From Magnetospiraceae bacterium (GTDB taxonomy: Bacteria; Pseudomonadota; Alphaproteobacteria; Rhodospirillales; JBMYUJ01), in the NCBI GenBank assembly GCA_049605255.1, contig JBMYUJ010000002.1, positions 9,791 through 73,790 of the forward strand: a stretch of 64,000 nucleotides of DNA, read 5' to 3'. The translations under genes were made by a program, and so were the position numbers. Below, piece after piece: positions 27,641 through 36,049 of the stretch. How positions within the stretch are numbered: the first letter of the stretch is position 1; each line of letters opens with the position of its first letter. The notes under the pieces are model-generated. The model ran no database searches and was not told the origin of the DNA. It saw nothing but the letters and a program-made list of their open reading frames with translations.

Positions 27641-28061
27641 CGCGGAAGCGGTAGAGGGCACCGCGCGGGTGATTGCCGTGGGCCAGGGCCAGGTGGTGTT
27701 GGAAGCGGAACGACGGGCCGCCTGTGGCGGTTGTGGCGAGTCCAGCCATTGTGGCGTTGCCGCCCTGACCAAATGGAAGAAAGCAGACACGGTGCGTTTT
27801 ACCCTGACCGATACCTTCCAGGCCCGCGTAGGGGAACGGGTGGTGATTGGGATCGATGCGGGTTCCGTGGCCCGGGCCTCCCTCATCGCCTATGGCCTGC
27901 CCCTGATCGGCGCCCTTGTGGGGGCCATGGTCGGCGGATCCTATGGCGGCGATGCCCTCGCCCTGCCCCTCTGTCTGATGGGCGGCGTTTTGGGATATGG
28001 ATTGGCCCGGCGCAGCTCCCCCCATCTCGCCAAGCCGTTTTTCCTGCGGCGTGGGGCATAA
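27633..28061 (+). CDS. RseC/MucC-family membrane protein
   Basis: GTARVIAV..AACGGCGESSHCGVAAL is followed by two TM helices, as in the RseC family. The ATG overlaps the rnfH stop by 8 nt. Confidence 0.75.
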   Translation: MTSAEAVEGTARVIAVGQGQVVLEAERRAACGGCGESSHCGVAALTKWKKADTVRFTLTDTFQARVGERVVIGIDAGSVARASLIAYGLPLIGALVGAMVGGSYGGDALALPLCLMGGVLGYGLARRSSPHLAKPFFLRRGA

Positions 28062-28065
28062 GGCC

Positions 28066-29109
28066 GTGCGGTTTCCCGCCATCTTGTTGCTGTGCGTCAC
28101 CCTGCTGGTCGGGGCTTGTCGACCCAACGACGCCCCCTACCGGGAAACCTTCTATGTTTTCGGCACCCTGGTGGAATTTGTGGTCTGGGATTCGGATGCG
28201 GACACCGCCCGTACCGCGGTGCGCGATGCGGCCCATCTTTTACAGCGCTATCACGATGCTTGGCACGCCTGGCGGCCGGGCCAGGTGGCGACCGTCAATG
28301 CCGCCTTCGCGCGCGGCGAGACTGCCCGGATAGACCCGGAACTGGCCCGATTGATCGCGGTCAGTCAATCCCTTAACACCGCCAGCGGCGGGCTTTTCGA
28401 TCCTGGTATCGGGGCCCTGATCGCCGCCTGGGGCTTCCACGACGATACCCCGCCCGAAGGCCGGGCACCGCCGCTGGGGGCGATTGAGGACTATTTGCGG
28501 ACGCGCCCCACCATCGCCCAGGTAACCGTTGACGGAGACCAAATTCGCAGCGCCAATCCCGCCGTCCGGCTAGATTTCGGTGCCATCGCCAAGGGCTACG
28601 CCCTGGACCGGGCCATGGAAATTCTGGCACGGCATGGCCTGAAGAACGGGCTGATCAATGCCGGCGGCGATCTGAATGTGGCGGGCACGGCACCGGGCCG
28701 CCCCTGGCGGGTGGCGATCCGCAATCCCGTGGGCTGGGGCGCCGTGGCCTGGATCGAGGCGCGCAACGGCGAGGCCATCTATACCTCTGGCAACTACGAA
28801 CGCTTCTTGGAATATGAAGGCGTGCGCTTTGCCCATATCCTGGACCCCCGCACCGGCATGCCGATCCATCACATTGTCTCTGCCACGGTGATTTCCGATA
28901 ACGGTGCCCTGGCCGATGCCGCCGCCACCGCCCTTTCGGTCGCGGGAGCCGACTGGCCCGCGGTTGCGCGCCAGCTCGGTGTTACCCAGGCCCTGATCAT
29001 CGGGGAGGACGGCGCCATCGAAGCCACCCCCGCCATGGCAAAGCGCCTAAGGGGACTGTCGGCAGCGCAGCATCTAACCTTGAAAAATCCTGCCAGGTCG
29101 GCGAGTTAA
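28066..29109 (+). CDS. apbE: ApbE-family FAD:protein FMN transferase (lipoprotein)
   Basis: LFDPGIGALI, DFGAIAKGYALD, NAGGDL, HILDPRTG and DALATA-like motifs are present, with lipobox LLVGAC. GTG 28066 was chosen (5 nt after the rseC-like stop), and an upstream ATG at 27997 is possible. Confidence 0.85.
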   Translation: MRFPAILLLCVTLLVGACRPNDAPYRETFYVFGTLVEFVVWDSDADTARTAVRDAAHLLQRYHDAWHAWRPGQVATVNAAFARGETARIDPELARLIAVSQSLNTASGGLFDPGIGALIAAWGFHDDTPPEGRAPPLGAIEDYLRTRPTIAQVTVDGDQIRSANPAVRLDFGAIAKGYALDRAMEILARHGLKNGLINAGGDLNVAGTAPGRPWRVAIRNPVGWGAVAWIEARNGEAIYTSGNYERFLEYEGVRFAHILDPRTGMPIHHIVSATVISDNGALADAAATALSVAGADWPAVARQLGVTQALIIGEDGAIEATPAMAKRLRGLSAAQHLTLKNPARSAS

Positions 29110-29114
29110 GCGTC

Positions 29115-29435
29115 ATGTCAGCCCCGAAACTAAAAGACTATATGGCCTTGTTCGAGCTTTATGGCGGCGATCCGGGGAACCTCTACCTGGAACCCGACGA
29201 CCAACGATTTCGGTTTTTGTTCGAACAGGTTGTGCGTCTGCTGGCCCAACCCTGCCCGTTCAACCATAGTCTCCCCTATCCGTTTATCGATAGCGCCCGG
29301 CGCTATGTGAACGGAGACCCGGAAACCGTGCGACATCTGGGCTATCCCGAGAACCAGCATTTCATGCTCAGTGATCTATACGACTATCTAGCGCTCAGAG
29401 CGCGATCGAGGTCCTCTAAAACGATCCGACCCTAG
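29115..29435 (+). CDS. Hypothetical 106-aa protein, last gene of the rnf transcription unit
   Basis: Starts 5 nt after the apbE stop. Sequence is MSAPKLKDYMALFELYGGDPGNLYLEPDDQRFRFLFEQ. I do not recognise the family. Confidence 0.5.
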   Translation: MSAPKLKDYMALFELYGGDPGNLYLEPDDQRFRFLFEQVVRLLAQPCPFNHSLPYPFIDSARRYVNGDPETVRHLGYPENQHFMLSDLYDYLALRARSRSSKTIRP

Positions 29436-30364
29436 GCAGCGCCGCGCACCGCGTGAACGGCGCTCGCTCGGGCGACCTCGGCGGTTTTGCGGAAATCGGT
29501 CACCGCATCGCCAATCACCAGGGCCTTTTCGATCCGCGCCGACCGACCGGTAGAAACATCTACCGGGCACCAACCGGTCGCATCGGCAAGACCGCTGCGC
29601 AGGGCAAGCTCGCCCGCCCATTGCGGCGGGATGATGTTGATCAGATCGGCGGAAATCGGGCCTGCTTCCGCCCGCACTTGGTTTTGCGCGGCATCCACGC
29701 GGATCAGGCGCCCACCATTGGCCCCGGAAATCCATTCGACGCCCGCCGCCCTGGCGGCATCGGCGCCCGGGGCTTTGCCCGCATCCAGCACAATCACCTT
29801 GGCCCGGGGGTTATGGCGCCGCAAATAGTCGGCGGCCTGCCCGGCCCTAAGCGCCGGCCCTTCTGGGAAGCGGAACGGTCCCTCCGGCAGGGTGATTAGC
29901 ACCGTCCCCCCGTCGGGCAGAACGGAAAGACGGCGCATGAACCGGTCGGCATCCGCCGGGCCGGACCAGAGGGCCGGAAACCGGGAGCGGGCCAGGCTAT
30001 CGTAACCCTCGACAAAACCACCGCGGAAGGCGACGCCCGGGGCCATCACCAGCCGGTCAAAATCATAGGAAAAGCCGTTCCAGCCGACGGCGCGCCCCGC
30101 AGACCAATCGATATCCTGGATATCATCACGATACACCTTGACGCCTTGGCTGAGCAGCCCGGCGGCGGTCTCTTCCGGATGCCGATCCACCAGGGTGACC
30201 TCGGCTTCTGGCGCCGCCGCGCGGAACTGCGCGGCAAAGGTGCTGCCCGCCACGCCACCGCCGATGACCAAAACCCGCTGCGGGCGGTCAAAAATCGCCA
30301 GACCCGCAAGCCCGGCGCCGGCGGTAACCGTGGTGACCATTCCCAGGAATTGTCGGCGTTTCAT
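29432..30364 (-). CDS. Tat-exported FAD-dependent oxidoreductase, short FccB/sulfide-dehydrogenase-flavoprotein-like
   Basis: MKRRQFLG is a twin-arginine signal, followed by the Rossmann motif VLVIGGGVAGSTFA and then NIIPPQWAG..GWCPVD..VIGDA. At 310 aa it is shorter than the roughly 430-aa FccB type. Confidence 0.7.
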   Translation of the reverse strand: MKRRQFLGMVTTVTAGAGLAGLAIFDRPQRVLVIGGGVAGSTFAAQFRAAAPEAEVTLVDRHPEETAAGLLSQGVKVYRDDIQDIDWSAGRAVGWNGFSYDFDRLVMAPGVAFRGGFVEGYDSLARSRFPALWSGPADADRFMRRLSVLPDGGTVLITLPEGPFRFPEGPALRAGQAADYLRRHNPRAKVIVLDAGKAPGADAARAAGVEWISGANGGRLIRVDAAQNQVRAEAGPISADLINIIPPQWAGELALRSGLADATGWCPVDVSTGRSARIEKALVIGDAVTDFRKTAEVARASAVHAVRGAA

Positions 30365-30384
30365 GGTCTTGCTTCCTTCTTCGC

Positions 30385-31707
30385 TTAAGAGGTTTCGCCG
30401 CCCGCCGCGCGCAGCGGCAGCGTGTTTTCTTCAGGGGAGTCGTCGGTGTCTTCATTGGGGACCATATGGACCGGCCCGGTTCCCAAGGCGGCGGCCTCAT
30501 CCACGATACAAAGGGCCACCGGGTCCATGGAGGGCAGGTCGTACATGGTCCGCGACAGAATATGTTCAAACACCCCGCGCAATCCCCGGGCGCCGGTTCC
30601 CCGCGCCTGGGCCAAACGGGCGATGGCGCGCAATGCATCGTCGGTAACCTCCAAGTCCGTGCCTTCATGGGCAAAGAGCTGACGATATTGGCGCACCAGC
30701 GCGTTGCGTGGCTCGGTCATGATGTGCACCAGATCGTCTTCCGTCAACGCCTCAACTTGGGCGATCACCGGGAAGCGGCCGATCAGCTCCGGAATAATGC
30801 CAAAGCGCCTCAGGTCCTCTGGATGCACACGATCGGCGCCAAACAAGGCGTGATTTTCAACCGCATCATCCCCTTCCGGCTCTGGCGCCCCCTGGAAACC
30901 CATGGAGACGGAGACATTTTCCGTCCGCGCGTCCACCAGATCCTTCAATCCCTCAAAGGCGCCGCCGGCAATGAACAATACATTGCGGGTATCCATCATC
31001 ACATGGTCGCCGCCTTCCTTGCGGCCGCGCCCGGTGGGCACCTTGACCTGTTCGCCTTCCACCAATTTTAGCAGGGCCTGTTGCACACCTTCGCCCGACA
31101 CGTCCCGCAATCCATGGCCACCGCCGCCGGTGCGGGCCAGCTTATCCACCTCATCCAGGTAGATAATGCCCCATTCCGCCAGGCCCACATTGCCATCGGC
31201 CATGTTAAGCAATCGGGTCAGCAGGGATTCCACATCATCGCCCACATAGCCCGCCTGGGTTAGGGTGGTGGCGTCGGCGATCACCAGGGGCACGCCAACG
31301 ATGCGGGCCAGGGTGCGGGCCAACAGGGTCTTGCCCGTGCCCGAGGGGCCCAGCAGAAGGATATTGGATTTATCCACTTCGACCCGGTCGTCCGCATCCA
31401 GGCTGACGGTTTTCAGCATGGTTTCCGCATGCAGCCGCTTGTAATGATTGTAGATGGCGACCGCCAAGGTTTCTTTGGCCGCTGATTGGCCGATCACATA
31501 GGCATCCAGGCCTTCCTTGATGCCGTGCGGTGTGGGCGGCGATTCCAAGGGTTCTTGGAACCGGCGGCGCCGCGCCCAACCTTCCACCATCTGCGCGGCC
31601 AAGGTCACGCAGGGTTCGCAGATCAGGCCATCCCGGCCCGAAATCAAGGGCCGTTCCCGGGCCTGCTCCGCGCCGCAAAACGAACAGTGATTAAGAGGGG
31701 TGTTCAT
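30385..31707 (-). CDS. clpX: ClpX-family AAA+ unfoldase, nif-cluster paralogue
   Basis: N-terminal zinc-binding CSFCG..C..C, Walker A LLLGPSGTGKTLLA, and IYLDEVDK. Its position after nifM matches A. vinelandii nifWZM-clpX. Confidence 0.92.
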   Translation of the reverse strand: MNTPLNHCSFCGAEQARERPLISGRDGLICEPCVTLAAQMVEGWARRRRFQEPLESPPTPHGIKEGLDAYVIGQSAAKETLAVAIYNHYKRLHAETMLKTVSLDADDRVEVDKSNILLLGPSGTGKTLLARTLARIVGVPLVIADATTLTQAGYVGDDVESLLTRLLNMADGNVGLAEWGIIYLDEVDKLARTGGGGHGLRDVSGEGVQQALLKLVEGEQVKVPTGRGRKEGGDHVMMDTRNVLFIAGGAFEGLKDLVDARTENVSVSMGFQGAPEPEGDDAVENHALFGADRVHPEDLRRFGIIPELIGRFPVIAQVEALTEDDLVHIMTEPRNALVRQYRQLFAHEGTDLEVTDDALRAIARLAQARGTGARGLRGVFEHILSRTMYDLPSMDPVALCIVDEAAALGTGPVHMVPNEDTDDSPEENTLPLRAAGGETS

Positions 31708-32573
31708 GCCGCCACCTCCGCCGCCGCCAGGGCACCGACTTCCCCCAGCCAGGCCTTTTGCGCCGCGCGGCGCGCCCGGTCGGTCAGCGCATCGGCAAGC
31801 CGATCCCGGACATCATCAAACGTCAACGTTTGCGCGGGGTAAATGGCCTCGCACCACAGCACATGGTAGCCCAATTCCGTTTCCACCGGCCCCGCGATCT
31901 CCCCTGCCGCCATCGTGAACAATTGGGCATCGAGGGCCGGAAACAGGGTCCCCTTCGGCACCGTGCCCAGGGTTCCCCCCTGCAGCGCGGTGGGGCATTC
32001 GGACCAATCCCGGGCCAGCCGTTCGAAGGTGCTGCCATCCTCTTGCAAGGTGCTGACCAAAGCGGTCGCCCGGGCCCAGGAGACCGATTGCTTGTTATCC
32101 GTATAGGCGTCGTTCACGGTAATCAGAATATGGCGCACCGTCCGGGTTTCCGGTTTTTGGAAGCGGTCCATATTCTCTTCATAGAAGATCCGCATATCGC
32201 TCTCCGACGGCGGCGGAACCGACGCCGTAACCGCCGTCAACAGGGCATCAAAACGCAAATCCTGATGCAGACCTTGACGCAGGGCAGTCGGGGTCAAACC
32301 ACTCAGCGTCAGGTCTTGCTCAAAAGCCTCCTCCGACTCGTAGCGGCCCTTTATTTCGGCAAAAGCCGCGTCAATTTGAGATTCGGGGATGATGATCGCC
32401 TTGCCCTCGTCCGCCGCCAGGGCGGACCGCTCCAGTGCCAGGCTTTTACGGGCACGGGTTGCCGCCTTGGCCCGCTGGCGCGCGTCCAAATGGGCGGGGC
32501 CTTTCCCGTAGAGGTCAACGGTCGCCTTCATTAAATGATAGGCAAAGGCGGTTTCGCCATGCATCGCGTTCAT
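31704..32573 (-). CDS. nifM: NifM, PpiC-type peptidyl-prolyl isomerase for Fe protein maturation
   Basis: C-terminal parvulin domain RTVRHILITV..CPTALQGGTLG..GYHVLWCE. The start shares an ATGA overlap with nifZ. Confidence 0.88.
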   Translation of the reverse strand: MNAMHGETAFAYHLMKATVDLYGKGPAHLDARQRAKAATRARKSLALERSALAADEGKAIIIPESQIDAAFAEIKGRYESEEAFEQDLTLSGLTPTALRQGLHQDLRFDALLTAVTASVPPPSESDMRIFYEENMDRFQKPETRTVRHILITVNDAYTDNKQSVSWARATALVSTLQEDGSTFERLARDWSECPTALQGGTLGTVPKGTLFPALDAQLFTMAAGEIAGPVETELGYHVLWCEAIYPAQTLTFDDVRDRLADALTDRARRAAQKAWLGEVGALAAAEVAA

Positions 32574-33061
32574 TCTGCCGCCGCCTCCTCCAGCGCCGCG
32601 GCCTCCAGGGCCTCCGCGGTTTCTTCGGGCGCGGCCTCCAAGGCCGTTTCCGGCACCTGGAGCGTGCGCCCATTGATCCGCAGGTGGTAGGAAATGCCCC
32701 CCGGGGCATCCCGTAGGACCTTCAGGATCTGGCCATTTTCTCCCGGGCTGGCGACCACATCACCCGCCATGCCCAAGGGGATGGTGGGGCTTACCCAATC
32801 TCGAAATTCGAACTTGTTGGGCACCCAGGGAAGATCGGCGAATTGCAGTTCTTCTTCCCGGCATCCCACCAGCTTATCCGCGTCCATGAAATGCACCGCG
32901 TAGACGATATATTCCTGCAGGTAGGTGCCCACGTCGCGCACATAGCCGACGCTGCCCCGGCGGATCAAAAGCTCGCCGGTGCGGGTATCGGGGAAGGTGC
33001 CGTCGTTGCGGAGATTGCGGAGCACCCGGACTTCTGCGCCATATTCGAATTTAGGAATCAT
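32570..33061 (-). CDS. nifZ: NifZ
   Basis: MIPKFEYGAEVRVLRNLRNDGTFPDTRTGELLIRRGSVGYVRDVG is a NifZ N-terminal signature. Confidence 0.9.
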   Translation of the reverse strand: MIPKFEYGAEVRVLRNLRNDGTFPDTRTGELLIRRGSVGYVRDVGTYLQEYIVYAVHFMDADKLVGCREEELQFADLPWVPNKFEFRDWVSPTIPLGMAGDVVASPGENGQILKVLRDAPGGISYHLRINGRTLQVPETALEAAPEETAEALEAAALEEAAAE

Positions 33062-33069
33062 GGGTCTGC

Positions 33070-33387
33070 CTATTTGATCAAATCATCAACGGAAACAAAG
33101 CCTTCCGGCTGGGCCGGCAGTTCCATGGGGTCTTGGAACACCTTGAACACCTTTTCGGTCAGCGCGTTGGATTCAACAAAATCCTGATAGGCGCGGGCGA
33201 GATGTTCTTTGTAGACTTCGCGTTTGAAGGTTTCGTTTTCGGGGATTTCTTCCTCCGCCAAGTAATCGTGAAACCGTTGCAGGATATGCAACCGGTTCAC
33301 ATGCACCACGGCGGGGTCATAGATGATGCCGAAATAATCGAGAAAATCTTCGGCGCTCGACAGTTCTTCCAAATCTTCATCCAGCAT
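33070..33387 (-). CDS. nifW: NifW
   Basis: LSSAEDFLDYFGIIYDPAVVHVNRLHILQRFHDYL is a NifW signature. Confidence 0.9.
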   Translation of the reverse strand: MLDEDLEELSSAEDFLDYFGIIYDPAVVHVNRLHILQRFHDYLAEEEIPENETFKREVYKEHLARAYQDFVESNALTEKVFKVFQDPMELPAQPEGFVSVDDLIK

Positions 33388-33904
33388 GGGGGTCTCCTTC
33401 CAGGGGTTCGGGGGTCAGGCTGGCACGGACGGTCTTGGCCAGGGCATCCGCGCCCAGCCGGTCTGCGCTATCCAATTCGCGGAGTTTGTCGAGACGGGCC
33501 AAACCCGCCTCGTGCAATCCCAGCCGTAAAAACAAGTAGGCGGCGCCTTTCAAGGTCAGCAGATGAAAGCGCAACAGGGTTGGCGCGTTTTCGGTCTTGT
33601 TGGCCACATCCGCCGGGGTCAGTTCCTGCCAATCTTGCGGCAAGTTGAGCCGCCGTGCGGTGGTCGCTAGGGCCCGGTCGGCCACGACCAACGCATCGCT
33701 GAACTGGTGGCGGTAGTAGAAATACCGGTACTGCGCCACCATCACCATCAGGTTCTCGGGGGCGAGTGCCTCGGCCTCGGCCAGCATGCTGCCCGCGCGG
33801 GGATCGGGATAGGTTTCCCCCGCTTGCCGGATAAGCGCCTCTACCGATGGGTCGATAGGTTCATCGAAATAGAGGTCAGCCGGTTCAAAGTCCAGAAGAT
33901 CCAT
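33377..33904 (-). CDS. Hypothetical 175-aa helical protein between cysE and nifW
   Basis: It overlaps the nifW start by 11 nt and begins 4 nt after the cysE stop. Helix-rich sequence (QYRYFYYRHQFSDALVVADRAL..AYLFLRLGLHEAGLARL) may be TPR-like. I do not recognise the family. Confidence 0.55.
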   Translation of the reverse strand: MDLLDFEPADLYFDEPIDPSVEALIRQAGETYPDPRAGSMLAEAEALAPENLMVMVAQYRYFYYRHQFSDALVVADRALATTARRLNLPQDWQELTPADVANKTENAPTLLRFHLLTLKGAAYLFLRLGLHEAGLARLDKLRELDSADRLGADALAKTVRASLTPEPLEGDPHAG

Positions 33905-33908
33905 GGCC

Positions 33909-34718
33909 TTATCTCAATCCCTTCAACAGCGCTTTATTTACGGGATGAGGCACCGGTTGACCCACGGTATCGTCGCATGCATCGCAATCGGTGCAGGCGA
34001 AATCGGGGCCGGGGTCTTGATTGCTGCGCAAGGCGATAATCTGCCGTTCCAACACGGCCACACGGTCGAGCATGCAGGCGAAGGCCTCCGCCACCGGGTC
34101 CGGGATCAGGTGGTGATCCAGATTGATACCATAGGGCGACGCCGTTTCCGGTTTGCCGACGGCGACCACCTTGGCCGGAATACCGACGACCGAACGATGG
34201 GCGGGCACATCCTTAACCACCACCGAGTTGGCGCCAATTCGCGCGCCCTCGCCAACAGTCAGCGGACCCAGCACCTTGGCGCCGCCACCGATCACCACAC
34301 CATCGCCGACGGTGGGATGGCGCTTGCCCTTGTTCCAACTGGTACCGCCCAGGGTCACCCCGTGATACAGGGTCACATCATCCCCAACCTCGGCGGTTTC
34401 GCCGATGACCACACCGGCGCCATGATCGATGAAGAACCGCCGCCCGATGGTCGCGCCCGGATGGATTTCAATTGTCGTCCACCACCGCATGAAGAAGGAC
34501 AGCAACCGGGCGGCGTAGCGCCAACCGCCCCGCCAGAGGCGATGGGCCAGCCGATGGCCGATGATGGCATGCACGCCGGGATAGGTGGTCAACACCTCAA
34601 AAGTGGTGCGCGCCGCCGGGTCCCGATCAAAGACGCAAGACACATCCTCGCGGATCAGGGTCAGTAATGTGACGGGTTTTGCCGTATCAATTTCCATGGA
34701 AAGCGCCGATTCAACCAT
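33909..34718 (-). CDS. cysE: Serine O-acetyltransferase, nif-cluster copy, with Cys-rich C-terminal tail
   Basis: [41 protein letters not shown] contains hexapeptide repeats. An alternative start is ATG 34697 (MEIDTAK). The tail contains [10 protein letters not shown]. Confidence 0.88.
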   Translation of the reverse strand: MVESALSMEIDTAKPVTLLTLIREDVSCVFDRDPAARTTFEVLTTYPGVHAIIGHRLAHRLWRGGWRYAARLLSFFMRWWTTIEIHPGATIGRRFFIDHGAGVVIGETAEVGDDVTLYHGVTLGGTSWNKGKRHPTVGDGVVIGGGAKVLGPLTVGEGARIGANSVVVKDVPAHRSVVGIPAKVVAVGKPETASPYGINLDHHLIPDPVAEAFACMLDRVAVLERQIIALRSNQDPGPDFACTDCDACDDTVGQPVPHPVNKALLKGLR

Positions 34719-35847
34719 GATGACCACAGGCTGCGTAAAAAATTCGCAGCTCCCTTTCAACCGGGCTTCGTTTCGCCTGACTGACGAAATGCCGGACTTG
34801 AGGCAGGATTGCCGCGGCCTCCGCCTGAGAGAGCGGAATGCCGATCTCCGCGTAGGCCCGCTGTACCCCCTTGGTGCCGGAATGTTTGCCGAGCACGAGG
34901 TTATGGGCTCGGCCCAGCTCCAGCGGATCAAAACCTTGATAGGTCAACGGGTCTTTCAACAAACCATCCACATGAATGCCTGATTCATGGGAAAATACAT
35001 TGGGGCCCACCAGGCTTTTTTGGCCCGGCACCGGACGACCGGAGGCCTCCGCGACGCGGCTGGACAGCGCTTCGTAGCCGCGCAGGTCGATGCCCGTATC
35101 CACCCCATAGAGATGGCGGGCGCCCATCACCACTTCTTCGAGGGCGGCATTGCCCGCGCGCTCGCCCAATCCATGTACCGTGGTATTGGCATGGGTGGCA
35201 CCGCCGCGCACGGCCGCGTGGGTATTGGCAACGGCCATGCCCAGATCATCATGGGCGTGGATTTCCAATTCCAGATCGGTCCTGGCGCGGAGCTGGGTGA
35301 AAATGGCGTGAACCGCGAAGGGCTCCATGATCCCGACCGTATCGGCGAAGCGGAAGCGGGAGGCCCCCGCCGCCGCCGCGGTGTCGAGCACTTGCGCCAA
35401 AAAATCCAGATCGGCGCGGGAGGAATCTTCGCCGCCGATGCAGATTTTGGCGCCCATATCCATTGCCTGGGGCACGATACGGCGGATTTCCGCCAGGACC
35501 CAATCCCGGCTGCGGCGGAGTTTACGCTCAATATGAATGTCTGAAACCGGGATCGAGAGATCGATCAGGTCCATGCCAAGATCGCCAACCACGGCCAGGT
35601 CTGCATCGCACATCCGGCACCAGGCCATCAGTTTGGCGTTGAGGCCGAGCGACGCGACTGCCCGCATGGACTCCCGCTCTTCCGCACCCATGGCCGGAAT
35701 ACCGATTTCCAGTTCGGGCACCCCGATCGCATCCAGGTGCCGGGCGATATCGAGCTTTTCGTCGAGTGTAAAGGCCACACCGGCGGATTGCTCGCCGTCA
35801 CGCAACGTCGTGTCATTGATGGTCAGGAAACGATTCTCAAGGCTCAT
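34711..35847 (-). CDS. nifV: Homocitrate synthase
   Basis: [17 protein letters not shown] and [19 protein letters not shown] are HMGL-like motifs. ATG 35847 has an AAGGA RBS. Confidence 0.93.
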   Translation of the reverse strand: MSLENRFLTINDTTLRDGEQSAGVAFTLDEKLDIARHLDAIGVPELEIGIPAMGAEERESMRAVASLGLNAKLMAWCRMCDADLAVVGDLGMDLIDLSIPVSDIHIERKLRRSRDWVLAEIRRIVPQAMDMGAKICIGGEDSSRADLDFLAQVLDTAAAAGASRFRFADTVGIMEPFAVHAIFTQLRARTDLELEIHAHDDLGMAVANTHAAVRGGATHANTTVHGLGERAGNAALEEVVMGARHLYGVDTGIDLRGYEALSSRVAEASGRPVPGQKSLVGPNVFSHESGIHVDGLLKDPLTYQGFDPLELGRAHNLVLGKHSGTKGVQRAYAEIGIPLSQAEAAAILPQVRHFVSQAKRSPVERELRIFYAACGHHG

Positions 35848-35890
35848 CGCGAAATCCTTCGGCATGAACACGCTCTCATGCCTTGGAACA

Positions 35891-35905
35891 GCAAACACCG
35901 TGCCA
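35891..35905 (-). promoter_or_regulatory. sigma54 promoter of the nifV operon
   Basis: The reverse complement reads TGGCACGGTGTTTGC, an exact TGGCAC-N5-TTGC. Confidence 0.88.
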
Positions 35906-35951
35906 TCGCGAAAAATCTTTTTATTTCCGTTGTTTATCTTTTTTTTTGCCA

Positions 35952-35967
35952 TGTCGTCAGAGTGACA
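35952..35967. promoter_or_regulatory. NifA UAS (proximal) for nifV
   Basis: TGTCGTCAGAGTGACA is an exact TGT-N10-ACA. An A/T-rich tract (35912-35950) between UAS and promoter could be an IHF bend site. Confidence 0.7.
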
Positions 35968-35988
35968 TTGGCGGGATCGCAACGAAAA

Positions 35989-36004
35989 TGTCGGCTTTGC
36001 GACA
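35989..36004. promoter_or_regulatory. NifA UAS (distal) for nifV
   Basis: TGTCGGCTTTGCGACA is an exact TGT-N10-ACA. Confidence 0.7.
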
Positions 36005-36049
36005 TGGGGCGGTGTCACCCTTGACAGGGCTGTTGGGGGCGGCCTTGGC

